The notes: generated from the letters alone by a model not told the origin. A DNA stretch of 64,000 nt from Candidatus Moraniibacteriota bacterium (GCA_041596615.1 JBFHIG010000004.1:5280-69279), one strand, 5' to 3'. Shown: positions 1 through 10,961, numbered from the stretch's first letter. Numbers and translations: made by a program.

Positions 1-696
1 GTCCACCTCATCCACAATTGCAAAATTCAATTCTCGCTGAGACATCTGCTCATTGCTTTGCGCCATATTGTCTCGCAAATAATCAAAACCAAATTCATTG
101 TTAGTTCCATACAATACATCAGCTTTATAGGCTTCGGCTCTTGGAACTTCAATTAGGTTCTCTTCTTCAATGTTAACTTCATTTGTATCAAGTTTATTCG
201 GTGTATAAATAAAAGAAATTTGATTATTAATGCAAGCCGTAGATAAACCCAAAAAATGATAGACACTTCCCATCCAATTGGCATCTCTTTTTGAGAGATA
301 GTCATTAACTGTCACCACATGCACGCCTTTTCCAGTTAAGGAGTTGAGATAAACTGCTAATATTGCTGTTAGGGTTTTCCCTTCTCCTGTTTTCATTTCA
401 GCAATTTTGCCTTCATGCAGAATAACTCCCCCTGTTAATTGTGAGTCATAAGGTCGTTCCCCGATTACACGAAAAGCAGCCTCTCTTGCAACCGCAAAGG
501 CTTCTGGCAAAAGATCTTCTAATGTTTTTTCTTCTTTTTTAAGAACCTCCCTGAATTCCAGTGTTTTAGCTTTTAATTCTTCATCTGTTAGCGCCTTTAT
601 TTTACTTTCAAATTCGTTTATTTGCACCACAATTTTCTCAATTCGCCTTAGTTCTTTTTGTTGGGAATTTCCAAACATTCTATCTAAAAGTCTCAT
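1..696 (-). CDS. secA: Preprotein translocase ATPase SecA, N-terminal 232 aa; the gene continues past the window start
   Basis: My reverse-strand translation from ATG (694-696) gives [32 protein letters not shown]...[20 protein letters not shown]...[14 protein letters not shown]. This is the typical SecA N-terminus with the Walker A motif MKTGEGKT. It is absent from the ORF track because it is truncated by the window edge. Confidence 0.85.
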   Translation of the reverse strand, partial: MRLLDRMFGNSQQKELRRIEKIVVQINEFESKIKALTDEELKAKTLEFREVLKKEEKTLEDLLPEAFAVAREAAFRVIGERPYDSQLTGGVILHEGKIAEMKTGEGKTLTAILAVYLNSLTGKGVHVVTVNDYLSKRDANWMGSVYHFLGLSTACINNQISFIYTPNKLDTNEVNIEEENLIEVPRAEAYKADVLYGTNNEFGFDYLRDNMAQSNEQMSQRELNFAIVDEVD

Positions 697-956
697 ATTC
701 GGTATTATTCTTAATTTTGCTATTTATCTATGTTTACACCTTCCTATTCTAAACCTGATTTCTCTTAAAGTCTAGTCTTATGAATACCCAGGAGACATAC
801 ATGCCTATATTTTTAATCTCAAAAATGACTCATCGCGTAACTACAAAACTAAAAAACCCTCTTTAAGAAAAACTCTCTAAATAAAGTTTTTTAAATATCC
901 CTCTTTATAACTCTCAATCTATATTATTTTAGAAAACTTACTAAATCAATTCTTTT

Positions 957-2291
957 TCATCTCACAAAAAGATATAAGAAAATCTCAAGAACAGTAACGA
1001 CGCGCAATAACGTTAAATATATTCTTTCCTTTGTTAATTTAAAATTAACTATCAAAAAGAATATTAAAGGTGTTAAATACCAAGGCATAAACCAAGAAAA
1101 TGAAGTAAAATAAAACCAACTTAGAATCAGGGTTAGACAGAGAATTAAAGAATCATCTTTTAACAAGTTTTTGCCCTTCCTTAATTTTGCATATACATAA
1201 ACATAAAAAATCAAACTTGTGCCAACGAAAAAAATTCTGCAATTATTTGTGATTTCATGGATATTTTCTAAGGGATTGGAGTTTCTTAAGTAGCTAATCA
1301 TTACACCAATAAAAATCAAAGGGGAGCAGGAAAATAAATTCCATTTCTCTGATTGAGCTATAATTCCTCTAAAGGTCTCTTTTCCTTCAAAAAAGGGGAG
1401 GTATGTAATTACCGCAAGAACAAAAAAACTGCCTCCAACCAGGAATAATAGAATTATTTTTTTTCTTGCATTTTTTTGATGAAAAAAAATAAAACTACCT
1501 AAGATAGGAAGAAAGATTATCATATATATTTTCACGAAGACTGCTAACAAAAAAAAGTTGCTTGCCAATAAAAAATTTTTCAAGCCTTTTTTAAAATAAA
1601 AATACAAACCAATCAAGATAAATAAAATTAAAATGCTTTCGTTGTGCATATTAATACCAAATTCTATCAAAAGAATTGGATTGAAAATATATAAAAAATT
1701 TATAAAGTTATCTTTAAATATTTTATTCAATAAAAATAAAATACCAAAATTAACCAAAACAAATAAGCTTTTAGTTAAAAAAATAGTTAATAATAAAGAA
1801 TTTTTTCCTAAAAACGTAACTACCGACATCAAATAAATAAAAACTGGTCCATACGGTGTCACTTCATCAGACCAGCTATTTTTTAATGCCGAAAAAAAAT
1901 CATCCTGTGGGAATTCAGCGAAGCTTGAAAAAAAGGGATTTTCGCCATAAACAGAAAAAACTCTACTTTGGGATATATATGAAAAAAAATCACTGGAAAC
2001 TGTGGGTTGAGTAAAGAAAAAAAGAAAATTAAAAAGAGAAAACAACAAAAATAAACTTTTAAACTTAGGCGGATTGTTTTTGAAAAGTTTAATACCATAT
2101 CCATACAAAAAACCTAACGTGGCTAAAATTAAAGCGTAGTATAAAAAAATAATTTCTATTCCCAGGTCAATCTCTTTGGCATTAAGAAAATTTTTCAAAG
2201 GCTCAACAAAAAAAACAGCTAAAGTGATTGTCAAAAAAACAAAAGAAAAAAACCAAAAATCTTTTTGCTCTTTTTTAAATAAATTAGTCAT
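957..2291 (-). CDS. Polytopic integral membrane protein, candidate GT-C-type glycosyltransferase
   Basis: 444-aa ORF with at least 10 hydrophobic segments, Phe/Leu-rich, and an ATG start. The general look matches mannosyltransferase/DUF2029-type GT-C proteins. No catalytic motif was verified. Confidence 0.4.
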   Translation of the reverse strand: MTNLFKKEQKDFWFFSFVFLTITLAVFFVEPLKNFLNAKEIDLGIEIIFLYYALILATLGFLYGYGIKLFKNNPPKFKSLFLLFSLFNFLFFFTQPTVSSDFFSYISQSRVFSVYGENPFFSSFAEFPQDDFFSALKNSWSDEVTPYGPVFIYLMSVVTFLGKNSLLLTIFLTKSLFVLVNFGILFLLNKIFKDNFINFLYIFNPILLIEFGINMHNESILILFILIGLYFYFKKGLKNFLLASNFFLLAVFVKIYMIIFLPILGSFIFFHQKNARKKIILLFLVGGSFFVLAVITYLPFFEGKETFRGIIAQSEKWNLFSCSPLIFIGVMISYLRNSNPLENIHEITNNCRIFFVGTSLIFYVYVYAKLRKGKNLLKDDSLILCLTLILSWFYFTSFSWFMPWYLTPLIFFLIVNFKLTKERIYLTLLRVVTVLEIFLYLFVR

Positions 2292-2303
2292 GCTTTAAAC
2301 TTT

Positions 2304-4430
2304 TTAGCTCTTTATTTCTAATTCAGTTTTTGTTAACCTAATTTCTTCATAAGAATATTTTCCACCACATTCTTCAAAAATTGGCCTTAATTTTTTATTT
2401 CCAAATTTTTTGAAAGCTTTTTCAATTTGCTTTTGAGCCTTTTCAGGGGGTAGTAGATAATCAATTTTAATTTTTTTGTCTTCTTTTGCAATTTCCTCAA
2501 TATATTGAATTACCGTGCTTTTTGCTAGTTTCAATTCTTTTACGATTTCGTCGAAAGAAATTTTTTGCTCAATCAATCTTTTTGCTAAATCCATTCTTTC
2601 TTTTTTTGCTTCAGAGCGTACACCAGTCTTCTTCCCTGATATATTGTTCTCGAGTGACCGTACCTTTAACTTGCTAATAGCTTCTGTGAATAACTCACCA
2701 TATTTATCCAGTTTCTGTTTTCCTACACCAGAAATTTTTGCAAATTCCTCTTTTGTTGTAGGAAGATAATGCGCCATTTCTCGTAAAGCTACATCCCCAA
2801 AAATCACAAAGGCTGGCAACCTTTTTTTATCTGCAATTTTTTTACGTAAAACACGCAGTTTTTCAAGAACATCTTTGTCATAACCTTCGGTATCACTGCG
2901 TTTTTTGGTTAGTATTATTTCTTTTTGCATTTTTGGCAATTCAATTTTCTCGCGTTTATTTAGAAACTGCATTCCTTTTTTTGAAATACAAAATGTTTCA
3001 TACTCACCACCATTTTGAACAATCAAATCTTTTGCAATAATATGGGCAAAAAATTCCATTAATTCAGCTGTTGAATATTCTTTTGCAATTCCCCAAACTG
3101 AGAGTTTGTTGTGATTACGAGCTCTGATAGTTTTATCTTTTGAACCACGCAAAACTTTGATCACATGCCCTTTACCAAAAACATTCCCTGTTCTTACCAC
3201 AGCAGAAAGAATTTTTTGCACAATCTCTGTGGCGTCCTCAGTGTTTTTGCTATTCAAGCACACATCACAAGTGCCACATTCTGCTAACCCTTTTTGTCCA
3301 AAATATTTTGTTACCCACTGCCAACGACAACTGCGTGCTTGTGCAAACTGCATCACTTCACGAATTTTTTTCTCTTCACCAGACCTCCTTTTTTCATCCC
3401 TCATCCGCGTCAAGAAAAAATCTAATTTTATTTTATCCCCCGCAGAAAACAACAACACACATTCACTCGGAAGCCCATCCCTGCCAGCACGACCAATTTC
3501 CTGATAATATCCTTCGATGGTTTTGGGAAATGTTTTATGGATAACTAATCTGACATCTGGTTTATCAATTCCCATCCCAAAAGCAATTGTTGCAACTACA
3601 ACATTAATCTCATCACGCACAAAAGCATCCTGAATTTTACTTCTTTCTTCTGGCGACATTCCTGCGTGATAACTTCCGGCGCTAATTCCTTCTGCTAAAA
3701 GAATTTTGGTCAACTGTTCTGTCTCTTTACGCGAAAAACAATAAACAATCGCTGATTCATTCTTATACTTATTCACTAAATACAAGATCTTGCTATCCGC
3801 GCCACTTTTTGACATAACAGTAATGTGCAAATTTTCACGATAAAAGTCTGACACGAAAACCTCATGGTTCTGTAATTCCAACTCTCGCACAATGTCTTCA
3901 CGCACAATTTGAGTAGCGGAAGCTGTCAGTGCAATAATCGGGATTTCAGTAAAGCGTTTACGAAATAATTTTAAATTACGATAATCTGGTCTAAAATCAT
4001 GTCCCCATTGTGAGATACAATGAGCCTCGTCTACTGCGAGCGCTGTAATGTTGATTTTTCCGAGCCATTCACTCACATGTGCACTGGCCAATCTTTCTGG
4101 TGCAATATAAATAAGTTTATATTTTCCTTTTTCAGCATCACTCATACGCTTTTGCAACTCACTGGCCTCAATAGAGGAATTAAGCATTGTGGCTGAAATT
4201 CCATTTGCCATAAGTGCATCTACCTGATCTTTCATAAGAGAAATTAAAGGCGAAATCACGATCGTAGTGCCCTCTCGCATCAGTGCTGGCAATTGAAAAC
4301 AAAGTGATTTTCCCCCACCAGTTGGCATCACCACAACCGCATCTTTACCAGATAAAAAACGTTTTATTACCTGCTCTTGTACTGAACGAAAAGTATCGTG
4401 TCCAAAATGTTTTTTAAGAAGTTTTTTCAT
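2304..4430 (-). CDS. recQ: ATP-dependent DNA helicase RecQ with HRDC region and an extra C-terminal HTH-like tail
   Basis: FGHDTFRSVQEQVI, Walker A PTGGGKSLCFQLPA, DEAH box VDEAHCISQWGHDFRPDY and a Zn-binding Cys cluster CRWQ..CGTCDVC. I chose the ATG at 4430 (MKKLLKKHFGHD). The track extension to 4490 runs into the hpf terminator hairpin. Confidence 0.9.
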   Translation of the reverse strand: MKKLLKKHFGHDTFRSVQEQVIKRFLSGKDAVVVMPTGGGKSLCFQLPALMREGTTIVISPLISLMKDQVDALMANGISATMLNSSIEASELQKRMSDAEKGKYKLIYIAPERLASAHVSEWLGKINITALAVDEAHCISQWGHDFRPDYRNLKLFRKRFTEIPIIALTASATQIVREDIVRELELQNHEVFVSDFYRENLHITVMSKSGADSKILYLVNKYKNESAIVYCFSRKETEQLTKILLAEGISAGSYHAGMSPEERSKIQDAFVRDEINVVVATIAFGMGIDKPDVRLVIHKTFPKTIEGYYQEIGRAGRDGLPSECVLLFSAGDKIKLDFFLTRMRDEKRRSGEEKKIREVMQFAQARSCRWQWVTKYFGQKGLAECGTCDVCLNSKNTEDATEIVQKILSAVVRTGNVFGKGHVIKVLRGSKDKTIRARNHNKLSVWGIAKEYSTAELMEFFAHIIAKDLIVQNGGEYETFCISKKGMQFLNKREKIELPKMQKEIILTKKRSDTEGYDKDVLEKLRVLRKKIADKKRLPAFVIFGDVALREMAHYLPTTKEEFAKISGVGKQKLDKYGELFTEAISKLKVRSLENNISGKKTGVRSEAKKERMDLAKRLIEQKISFDEIVKELKLAKSTVIQYIEEIAKEDKKIKIDYLLPPEKAQKQIEKAFKKFGNKKLRPIFEECGGKYSYEEIRLTKTELEIKS

Positions 4431-4482
4431 AACTTTATAATAACAAGTTTCTCTCTTTTTGCAAAAACAAAAAAGACAACAA

Positions 4483-4523
4483 TAAAGCAAACTGCCATAC
4501 TAACAGTTTGCTTTATTTTTTTT
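4483..4523 (-). terminator. Intrinsic terminator hairpin downstream of hpf
   Basis: TAAAGCAAACTG (4483-4494) and CAGTTTGCTTTA (4504-4515) form a 12-bp perfect stem with a 9-nt loop. T-rich tracts flank it on both strands. Confidence 0.5.
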
Positions 4524-4545
4524 AATTTCAATTAACTAGAATTAA

Positions 4546-4887
4546 CTAGATTGCGGTAATCTCTGAAATTTTTGGTCTTCTGCGTAAACTATCCCTTACC
4601 TTCTCTTTTGTTCTTCTGATTTTTTTCAATAAAGCTTCGTCGGCAAAATCAATGGCTCTTCTTAAATCTTTATCCTTTTTTTCAACTCGAAAAGTGGATC
4701 CTGGGATAACAGCACTCATAATTATTTGCCAAAAGTAACTTTTGTCCTGCTTAATTTCAAGATCTGCTCTTAAGAGATTTGGTTCATACTCGCCTAATAA
4801 CTTTTTTGTTTTTCGCGCTTTCTTTTCAATGTATTCTTTCTCTCTTTCATTGAGCTTATTAGCTCCTGCTAGGTACCTAATTTCCAT
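4546..4887 (-). CDS. hpf: Ribosome hibernation promoting factor / RaiA (S30AE) family protein
   Basis: 113 aa. The pattern E.EKEYIEKK..K..KLL ... DLRRAIDFADEALLKKIRRTKEK matches the family layout and its conserved YAAID..kLe.ql.k.k region. Confidence 0.7.
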   Translation of the reverse strand: MEIRYLAGANKLNEREKEYIEKKARKTKKLLGEYEPNLLRADLEIKQDKSYFWQIIMSAVIPGSTFRVEKKDKDLRRAIDFADEALLKKIRRTKEKVRDSLRRRPKISEITAI

Positions 4888-4942
4888 CTTAGTTCTTGTT
4901 TAATTATTAGATATTATTCACTCGCCTTTGATTAAAAATGTA

Positions 4943-5890
4943 CTACATCAAAACATTCACTTCCTCTTCAAGTTGTACGTTAAATTTATTTCTAACTTTC
5001 ATTTTTACTAAGCTCATTAAAATAATCACATCTTCACTTGTTGCATTCCCCATATTAACAATAAAATTTGCCTGCTTTCCGTCTATCATTGCGTCTCCAA
5101 TTCTCTCGCCCTTCAAATCACACCTATCAATCAACCAACCAGCAGGAACTTTGCTTTCACGGCTTTTTTGTTCACTATCAAATTCAAATTTTTCAACAAC
5201 CTCCTGCCCTACAGTTGGGTTTTTAAAAATACAACCGACGGATGGGTAAAGCCCCACTGAAGGCTGCCCTGCATTACGCTTTTGCATAATATCTTTTGCT
5301 TTATTCTTTATAACCTCCAATTCCCCTCGTTCCAACTCAATCTCTACCTCCCACACAAGCAGTTTTCTGTTCTCCTTAAAAATACTAGAGCGATACTCAA
5401 ATTCGCAATCTGCTGAAGAAAGCTCATGCATCTCTAGATTAGAATCATTTGTATCAATTGCAAAAACTCGTGAAACACTGTTTTTAATTTCTCCACCAAA
5501 CCCTCCAGCATTTCCTCTAACTGCACCTCCAATTGTACCCGGGATTCCAGCTGACCATTCAAGGCCAGTTAAGGAATTTTCTATAGCAAACGCTGCTAAC
5601 TTACTAAAGGCAACCCCCGCTCCACAAAGAATTTTTACTTTTTTGTCAGTCTCTTCAATAACTTTCAAGACATCGTTACCAATTTTTGCAACTAGCCCAG
5701 AGAATCCACTGTTTGAAAACAAAACATTGCTTCCACCTCCCAAGAAGAAAATTTCTAATTTATTTATTTTTGCAAAGTCAACTGCCTCGGCCAAATCTTT
5801 TTTTTGTTTAACTACACAAAAATATTCAGCTTCACCACCGATTTTAAATGTTGAGTATTTTTTTAAGGAAACTTTTTCTTGGATGTCCAT
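4943..5890 (-). CDS. murB: UDP-N-acetylenolpyruvoylglucosamine reductase
   Basis: KKYSTFKIGGEAEYF, FFLGGGSNVLF, GIPGTIGGAVRGNAGGFGGE and SVGCIFKNP are MurB/FAD-binding hallmarks. The first ATG is at 5890; the track start at 5893 is GTG. Confidence 0.9.
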   Translation of the reverse strand: MDIQEKVSLKKYSTFKIGGEAEYFCVVKQKKDLAEAVDFAKINKLEIFFLGGGSNVLFSNSGFSGLVAKIGNDVLKVIEETDKKVKILCGAGVAFSKLAAFAIENSLTGLEWSAGIPGTIGGAVRGNAGGFGGEIKNSVSRVFAIDTNDSNLEMHELSSADCEFEYRSSIFKENRKLLVWEVEIELERGELEVIKNKAKDIMQKRNAGQPSVGLYPSVGCIFKNPTVGQEVVEKFEFDSEQKSRESKVPAGWLIDRCDLKGERIGDAMIDGKQANFIVNMGNATSEDVIILMSLVKMKVRNKFNVQLEEEVNVLM

Positions 5891-5941
5891 CACTTTTGTT
5901 TTATTTTAGTTGCTTCTTTAAGATTCAAAAACATTCTTTTT

Positions 5942-7078
5942 TCATTCCCACTTCATTAAAACTTCTAACGTCTTTTTTGCGCTTTTCTCCCAGCTAAATT
6001 CTTTGGAACGCAAACAACCCTTCAAAATCATCTCTTCTTTTATTTTAGAAGATTTCATAATTTTTAGCAAAACATTCTCAAGCTCATTAACATCTCCACT
6101 TTTGAAAAACTTTGCAGCTTCTCCACCAACCTCAATCAAAGAGGAATTATCAGCTGCAACAACAGGTGTCTTAGAAGCAAAACTTTCCAAAATAGGAATT
6201 CCAAAACCCTCATATAAAGAAGGGTACACAAAAATTTCAGCACCTTGATATAAAGTTGCCAACTGTTCGAAATCAACCTTTCCAGTTAAAATTATATCTT
6301 TTTTATAAACTGAGCTCTGTGAGACTAGAACAATACCTTCTGACATCCAAGCTGCTTCTCCGGCAAGTACCAGCTGTAAATTTTCAAACTCTGGATTATT
6401 TTTAATTTTTTCAAAAGCTCTGATAAGAGTTTTCAAATCTTTTCGTGGCTGGAGTGCTCCTACATACAATAAATATTTTTTACTTGGCTTATTGGAAATT
6501 TTTAACTCATTTTTAGTTCTTAAAATCTCTTCTTTTGTCCTTCTGCTCAAAAAATGCTCAGTATCAAACCCATGATGAATCACAGAAATTTTTTTTGTAT
6601 TTACCTTCGGATACAGTTTTAAAATATCATCTTTAGTTGCGTTTGAGATTGCAATAATTTTATCCGCTCTCTTGATGGCTGTATCTGTAAAAAAATTTAA
6701 TTTCCATAAAGCCTGCCGAGGAAAACATTCTGGAAAAAATTTAAAAGCAAGGTCGTGAATGGTCACCACGTATTTTGACTTTTCAGGTCCAATAAAGGGA
6801 ATCTGCTGAATTGGCATCCAACAAACATCAGGCTTTTCCCTTCTTAACTCTGCAGCAAAAGCAGTTTGCGTCCACCACCAATGTGCTGGAATTTTTTTAT
6901 CAAAATAGTTCTTAAAATTTTTTGGTTCCAAAAATTTATTAAACTCTTCTTGGTGATATAAAAAAAACTCGTCTCGTTTATTAATTTTTCCAAACCAATT
7001 TAAAAGTTGTTTAATATAGATCCTAGTCCCATCAATTCGACTATGGTCTAAATCTGCACAATCAATTGCGATTTTCAT
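5942..7078 (-). CDS. GT-B glycosyltransferase (group 1 / GT4-like)
   Basis: C-terminal half has ..LLYVGALQPRKD...LVLAGE...YPSLYEGFGIPILESFASKTPVVAADNSSLIEVGG, the EX7E-type GT1 signature. Confidence 0.8.
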   Translation of the reverse strand: MKIAIDCADLDHSRIDGTRIYIKQLLNWFGKINKRDEFFLYHQEEFNKFLEPKNFKNYFDKKIPAHWWWTQTAFAAELRREKPDVCWMPIQQIPFIGPEKSKYVVTIHDLAFKFFPECFPRQALWKLNFFTDTAIKRADKIIAISNATKDDILKLYPKVNTKKISVIHHGFDTEHFLSRRTKEEILRTKNELKISNKPSKKYLLYVGALQPRKDLKTLIRAFEKIKNNPEFENLQLVLAGEAAWMSEGIVLVSQSSVYKKDIILTGKVDFEQLATLYQGAEIFVYPSLYEGFGIPILESFASKTPVVAADNSSLIEVGGEAAKFFKSGDVNELENVLLKIMKSSKIKEEMILKGCLRSKEFSWEKSAKKTLEVLMKWE

Positions 7079-7088
7079 TACGGTTTTT

Positions 7089-7889
7089 TTATGCTTTTAT
7101 TTTGAGCCCAAAAAACTTCACCGCATTTTGGTCAAGAATTTTTTCAAGGCCTTCCTTTTCCCTCTCTTTTATGTAGGCAATTTTTTCAATCACAAATCTC
7201 ACAAAGACTGGTTCATTTCTTCTGCCACGCATTGGAGCCGGTGCCAAAAAAGGAGCATCAGTTTCTGACATAATTTTTTCAACTGGGATCATCCTTAAGA
7301 CTTCAAAAATTTCTGCGTCAGCTTTATTTGAAAAAGTGATATTCCCTGTAAAAGAAAAAAATACATTTTTTAGTTGCAAAAACTTTCCCGTCTGTCTAAC
7401 ATTTCCACAATAACAATGTATTACCATTTTCAAATCTGTATATTCTTTGCTAGAAACAATTTCAAACAAGTCCTCGTATGCATCTCGACAGTGAATAATC
7501 GTGGGAAGTTTTTCTTTTTGAGCAAAATTCAATTGTGCAATAAATAATTCTTTTTGCTCTTTTTTATTTTTATTGTTGTGAAAATAGTCCAGACCTATTT
7601 CTCCAATTGCCACAACTTTTTTTTCTTGCGATAACTTCTCCAATTGCTCAATTGCCTTTCTTAGAGAAAAAAGTTTACCCACTTCATCTAGAATTTCTGG
7701 ATGAAAACCAATGCTTGAAAAAATATTTTCATGTAAAGTTGTAATTTCAATAGCTTTTAAATTTCTTTTAAAATCAACCCCTATATTTATTATGGCCCCC
7801 TCCTTGTTTTCCATAAAAAAACGTGAGATTACTTCTTTGCGATCTTCTTTAAAATTTTCGAAATCCAAATGCGCATGCGTATCAATCAT
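7089..7889 (-). CDS. TatD-family metal-dependent hydrolase/DNase
   Basis: MIDTHAHLDF start, ..AIGEIGLDY.., IIHCRDA and ETDAPFLAP motifs. Confidence 0.85.
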   Translation of the reverse strand: MIDTHAHLDFENFKEDRKEVISRFFMENKEGAIINIGVDFKRNLKAIEITTLHENIFSSIGFHPEILDEVGKLFSLRKAIEQLEKLSQEKKVVAIGEIGLDYFHNNKNKKEQKELFIAQLNFAQKEKLPTIIHCRDAYEDLFEIVSSKEYTDLKMVIHCYCGNVRQTGKFLQLKNVFFSFTGNITFSNKADAEIFEVLRMIPVEKIMSETDAPFLAPAPMRGRRNEPVFVRFVIEKIAYIKEREKEGLEKILDQNAVKFFGLKIKA

Positions 7890-8069
7890 TTTTCCTATTT
7901 TTAATAAAAACCTTGTTTCCAGTATAGCTAATTTTAAAAAAAATTAACACCTAAATAATGCTTTTGCTAAAATATTTTATTTTTGATATTATATTAATAC
8001 AAAATATTTTCATCCAACCAACAGACACTCTTTCTGTTTTTATTTTGTTTTTTAAGTATTAATAAATTT

Positions 8070-9053
8070 ATGGACTATCTCCTTGTCATCCTTCTCGTAC
8101 TTCTTTCTGGTCTTTTTTCTGGTCTAACTCTTGGGCTTTTAAGCTTAGATATTGATGAATTAAAAAGAAAAATTTTTCTTGGTAATGAAAATGCAAGAAA
8201 AGTTCTCTCTGTTAGAGAAAAGGGCAATCTCTTGCTTTGCACACTGCTACTGGGAAATGTAGCCGTTAACTCTACCCTTGCAATTTTCTTGGGAAATATA
8301 GCTAGCGGATTTGTAGCCGGAGTAACTGCAACTGCTTTAATTGTAGTTTTTGGAGAGATTATTCCTCAAGCAACTTTTGCTAGATACGCACTCCGGGTCG
8401 GAGCTAGCACAGCCTGGATTGTTAAAATTTTCATTGTACTTTTTTTCCCAATTTGTTGGCCTATTGCTTGGGTATTAGATAAATTTTTGGGCGAAGAAAT
8501 GCCAACTATTTATTCGAAAAAAGAGTTAATGAAAATTGTTGAAGAACATGAAAGTTATCAAGAAAGCGATGTTGATGCAGATGAAAAAAGAATTGTAAAG
8601 GGAGCTCTTTCCTATTCCCATAAAATTGTACAAGAAATTATGACACCAAGAACGGTTGTCTATGCTTTAAGATTAGAAACTGTTTTAAATAGATCAACCT
8701 TAAATGACATAAAAAAACAAGGTTTCACAAGAATCCCTGTTTACAAAAACACCAGGGATAACGTTGTTGGTATTCTTTATGCAAAGGATTTAATAAACAT
8801 AAAACCCTCCACGATAGTTAAAAATGTCTACCGCAAAGAAAAGCCAATAATCATTAAAAGTGATTTACACTTGGACGAATTATTCAACACTTTTATCGAG
8901 TCAAAAATTCACATTGCTTTTGTTAAGGACAAATATAATGGCCTAGAGGGGGTCGTAACTCTTGAGGATGTTATGGAAGAGATATTGAAAGTTGAAATTG
9001 TTGATGAAACTGACACTGTTGTGGATTTACAAAAAAAAGCACTTTCAAACTAA
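8070..9053 (+). CDS. CNNM/DUF21 transmembrane domain plus CBS-pair protein (CorC/TlyC-type), lacking the CorC_HlyC C-terminal domain
   Basis: N-terminal LLSGLFSGLTLGLLSLD and FGEIIPQA (DUF21), followed by a CBS pair (IMTPRT.V..L.. / LEGVVTLEDVMEEI). Confidence 0.8.
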   Translation: MDYLLVILLVLLSGLFSGLTLGLLSLDIDELKRKIFLGNENARKVLSVREKGNLLLCTLLLGNVAVNSTLAIFLGNIASGFVAGVTATALIVVFGEIIPQATFARYALRVGASTAWIVKIFIVLFFPICWPIAWVLDKFLGEEMPTIYSKKELMKIVEEHESYQESDVDADEKRIVKGALSYSHKIVQEIMTPRTVVYALRLETVLNRSTLNDIKKQGFTRIPVYKNTRDNVVGILYAKDLINIKPSTIVKNVYRKEKPIIIKSDLHLDELFNTFIESKIHIAFVKDKYNGLEGVVTLEDVMEEILKVEIVDETDTVVDLQKKALSN

Positions 9054-9072
9054 TCTGAAAGTGTTCTTTATT
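9040..9072. terminator. Hairpin between convergent genes
   Basis: CACTTTCA (9040-9047) and TGAAAGTG (9056-9063) form an 8-bp stem overlapping the stop of the 8070..9053 gene, with a T-rich tail. Confidence 0.35.
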
Positions 9073-9088
9073 GGAAACTTTTTTATTT

Positions 9089-9514
9089 TTATCTCTCGTC
9101 ACTCCCATATTCTGCTCTTCCAAGAAGAGAGGTTTCGTTTGGATTTGGATTGTCGAAGCTAGTTTCATTGCTTCTACCAACTGATTTCTGGTCAATTCTC
9201 TCTATAGACAGCATTGCAATCTCTATTTTATCGATCACAAACTGTTCAACTTCAGTGCTTGAGTTTGGATCCAACAACCCTTTTGCAAAAATTTTTATTA
9301 AGGAATTTTCAACCTCGCTTTTTACCAAGTTGGGGACCTCTTTTTTATTTGTCTTCTCATAATCGCTTATGATCATGCCGCAAAGATTTTTTGCTTTTTC
9401 TGAGTCACCATTCTCAACTTTTTCCAGCCCAACTCTCTTGGAGTTGATAGTTTTCATTTCTTTTTTTTCGGAAGGATTTCTTTTTAGAAAATCAAAATTC
9501 ATGTTCATGCCCAT
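9089..9514 (-). CDS. Hypothetical protein (141 aa)
   Basis: ORF with an ATG start, not overlapped by a better gene. No recognisable motif. Confidence 0.4.
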   Translation of the reverse strand: MGMNMNFDFLKRNPSEKKEMKTINSKRVGLEKVENGDSEKAKNLCGMIISDYEKTNKKEVPNLVKSEVENSLIKIFAKGLLDPNSSTEVEQFVIDKIEIAMLSIERIDQKSVGRSNETSFDNPNPNETSLLGRAEYGSDER

Positions 9515-9527
9515 CTTATTTTTTTAT

Positions 9528-10961
9528 TTATTTTTGTAATCTAGGAAATAAATTTACCTTCTCTTTATTCTCAAGACTTGTTTTAATTTTATCAGAAGTC
9601 TCTGGCATAAAGGGCTGTAGCTTCAAGCCAATAAAGTATACTCCTCTGACTAGACCTTCAATACTCTCTCTAAATGCCTCATCGTCAGTACCAATCAGCT
9701 CCCAAGGTTTTTGCTCTTCGATGTTTCTGTCTAACTCACGAATTAACTTCATAATTCGAGTTAATTCATCACCAAATCTTCCCTCGTTTAATGAGTCTTC
9801 CAATTCCTTGTTGTTTTCAAAAGGACTTCTTTTGCTCTTTTCAAAATCAATTTCGAAATCTGCTTTTTTATAAAGAGTGACAACTCTAGAAGTTAAGTTT
9901 CCTACTCCATTTGCCAAATCAGCATTAAATTTTTCATCCAAAAAGTTCCAATTAATATCTGAGTCCTCGCCAAACGATCCCATGCTTAAAAGTAAATACC
10001 TTGTTCCATCAACCCCATATTTATCCACCATCTCTTCTGGAGAGATAACATTACCCAGCGATTTACTCATTTTTTGCCCATCAATGTTAACAAATCCATT
10101 TACGTATATTTTTTCAGAACAAGGCAATCCGGCTGCCATTAGCATCGCTTGCCACATGGCAGATTGTTGTCTTAAATTATCTTTTCCGCAAAATTGAACT
10201 CCGGGCCACCAATTATTAAAGCTTTTCTCATCCTCTGGCCACCCCAGCGTAGAAACATAGTTCACTAAAGCATCAAACCAAACATACATCACGTGCTTGT
10301 CATCATTTGGAACTTCAATGCCCCATGACATTTTTTCTTTTAAACGTGAAATTGAAAAATCTTGTAGGCCCTTTTCTACGAAAGAGATTACTTCGTTAAA
10401 TCTTTTTTTGGGCTTAACGAAATCAGGGTTTTCTCTATATAATTTTAATAATTGCTCCTCAAAATGTGAGAATTTGAAAAAATAATTTTCCTCATCAATA
10501 ACTTCAATCTCGGCATTGGGATGATCAGGGCACTTACCTTCAACAAGCTCTGATTCTGTTTTTTCAAGCTCACATCCAACACAGTAGTTAACTTTATAAT
10601 TCTTCTTATAGATAAACCCGTTTTTATCACAAATTTCCCAAAATTTTTGCGCAGCCTCTTTGTGCTTAGCATCTGTCGTTCTTATGAATTTATCAAAATC
10701 TACATTTAACAACTCTTTTAATTTCTTGAAGTTTCTAGCTTCTTTGTTGCAATGTTCTTGGGCGCTTATCCCCAACTCTTCAGCTTTTCTTAAAATCTTC
10801 AGCCCGTGCTCATCCGTGCCTGTATTAAAAAGCACCTCTTTCCCAAAAAGCTTATTTGCCCTAGCTAAAACATCAGCACTTACAATTTCAAGAGCAAACC
10901 CGATGTGTGGTTTTGCATTTACATATGGAAGTGTTGTTGTGATATAATATGTTTTTTTCAT
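9528..10961 (-). CDS. metG: Methionine--tRNA ligase (short form, no C-terminal tRNA-binding domain)
   Basis: TTTLPYVNAKPHIGFALE (HIGH-type), a Zn knuckle CVGCE...CPDH, and the KMSKS motif (GQKMSKSLGN). Confidence 0.9.
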   Translation of the reverse strand: MKKTYYITTTLPYVNAKPHIGFALEIVSADVLARANKLFGKEVLFNTGTDEHGLKILRKAEELGISAQEHCNKEARNFKKLKELLNVDFDKFIRTTDAKHKEAAQKFWEICDKNGFIYKKNYKVNYCVGCELEKTESELVEGKCPDHPNAEIEVIDEENYFFKFSHFEEQLLKLYRENPDFVKPKKRFNEVISFVEKGLQDFSISRLKEKMSWGIEVPNDDKHVMYVWFDALVNYVSTLGWPEDEKSFNNWWPGVQFCGKDNLRQQSAMWQAMLMAAGLPCSEKIYVNGFVNIDGQKMSKSLGNVISPEEMVDKYGVDGTRYLLLSMGSFGEDSDINWNFLDEKFNADLANGVGNLTSRVVTLYKKADFEIDFEKSKRSPFENNKELEDSLNEGRFGDELTRIMKLIRELDRNIEEQKPWELIGTDDEAFRESIEGLVRGVYFIGLKLQPFMPETSDKIKTSLENKEKVNLFPRLQK